Origin: Eledone cirrhosa
Taxonomy: Eukaryota
NCBI GenBank assembly: GCA_964016885.1
Contig: OZ024741.1
Location: 171,120,001-171,184,000 of the forward strand
Length of the DNA stretch: 64,000 bases
Direction: 5' to 3'
Position 1 is the stretch's first letter, and each line of letters opens with the position of its first letter. Shown here piece by piece: positions 62,368-64,000 of this stretch. The position numbers and the translations under genes were made by a program. The notes under the pieces were generated by a model. That model was not told the DNA's origin. It searched no databases and saw only the letters and a program-made list of their open reading frames with translations.

Positions 62368-64000
62368 ATTTGTGTGTGAGGACATGATAATATCCGTTTA
62401 TGTAGGCTAATCCACGTTACAGTGAAATGAATATGCGAAACAAAAGAAATACAAGAGGCAACTTACCATTTAATTGTGTTCAACGTGATTGGTGGAGTTG
62501 CGTAACAAGTATCTTGAGGATACAAGATGTATCATCGAGTATGATACATATTTTCGAAGGAGATTTCACAGAGTAATATAAAGTGAATGGGGTATATTGA
62601 AGAAACTAGGCAAAATCCGAGAAATATTTATTTCATAATATATGTCTCTTATACCCGTTTCAATACTGTTACGTAATTAATTGCCTACGAGAGCTTAAAG
62701 AATACTTTATATAAATTCATTTTCTCGCACTGCTTATTTGCAATGGCATTTCTTCAAAGAGGTCAAAGCTAGAAATGAAGCTCAGTGGACAGGTCACCTA
62801 TTCATCGTAATAACTGTTTCTACTTTTGGCACAAGGCCAGCAAATTACCCAGTACATTACTGGTAAATAACGGCATGCAGTCAGGTATCTCGTCAGAGAC
62901 ATTATTGGCACATTAATGAGATATTTTTAAGTAGATATTTTAGTCAATTAAATATAAACTATATTTCATAAAAGGAAGTTTTACAATGAAGGAAATATGA
63001 AAAAGAAAAAAGAAAAACAAAATTAAGTAATAAACAGTGCGGGGTGGGTATAAAAGGGCAGATCTCGCTGTATAGGAAAGTAGAGGAAAGGGAGGGGAAA
63101 AGCAAGGCCACGGAAAAAAGAGAGGTAGAAGAGGAGAGGGTGATAGGACTTATGTCTAGCGTGGGATGATGTTCGTCTGCGACCCGCGGACAACATTATA
63201 AATACATGTTCGCAGACAATGGCCAGCAATACTCCAGCCACCCCCGCCTCAGATGGGCTGCTGACGTTCCGATGTTACGGAGGAGCTCGGTAGTACGGGA
63301 TTCGAGGACGCCTGATGTCTCATTGGCAGCTGGTGCGAAGAAGAAACAACCGGACAAGACCCGATATTTTCTTATCTTGCTGCCCTAAGCCTTGCGAGCC
63401 GCAGTACCGGGGTTTGTGGCCGAACCGACTAAGTTAGAGCCGGAGAACGTGTCATAACATGTGATATTCTAGGTGAGAGATTTACATTCTTCGAATGGGA
63501 AAAGGGTAATTCCGTCGGGTCGCTCGCCATTTCCACGGTTGTACCTATAATAGAAATTATTATTATTATCATTATTATCCTCAATATTATTCTTTCCATG
63601 AAAGATTACGTTTGAAGGAAAGGATCTGAAGGGGCATCTTCTGGACGTTATTCTTTCTTCGAAAAAAGTGTGAGAGATAGAAAAACAAATAGGTTAAACT
63701 CAGGTAAAAGAAGAATAAAACTAAAACAATATGTACAGGAGAAAAGCACCCATGGAGGGAGAAAGAATGAAAGAGAAATAGTTCATAGCCATGCATAGTT
63801 AGTATATTAGCTCATCAAGTTTCCACACGGCTTGATTTTTACATTTTATTTTGTATTTTCTCAAGTACTTTTAGGTCTTCTGTGATATTCTTCTAGATTC
63901 TGTTGACATCGCCACTTTAGGTTGGTAATTATCACTAATATTGCGACGATATATACGAGGTTTTAGCATAGCTAAATCTAAATAATCTATTTAAAGTTTT

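Noticed and set aside
63023-63460. GC-richer segment with TATAAAAG, resembling a solo LTR or promoter
   Set aside because: No second LTR, primer-binding site, target-site duplication or downstream ORF could be identified.

Overview
Eukaryotic, AT-rich, microsatellite-saturated DNA. It is probably a coleoid cephalopod such as Octopus, an inference from the SINE family and the (TA)n/(CA)n density. No intact host gene is evident. The window is a patchwork of decayed retroelements: RTE, Tx1/L1-like, Dong/R4-like and Penelope-like (GIY-YIG) fragments, plus about 14 copies of a tRNA-derived SINE. The main signal is RNA structure rather than protein. Four tandem arrays (469, 594, 465 and about 430 bp units) carry one minimal type I hammerhead ribozyme (HHR) per monomer and resemble non-LTR retrozymes. 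Three arrays are divergent members of one family with clear stem covariation. The 594-bp family has a compensatory U3-A8 core and alternates as a dimer. The 465-bp array is a 7-kb fold-back whose copy-specific variants are mirrored. At least seven short fold-back elements in or beside (TA)n also carry HHRs, all pointing outward. All folds were read by eye, and no cleavage activity or expression is shown.
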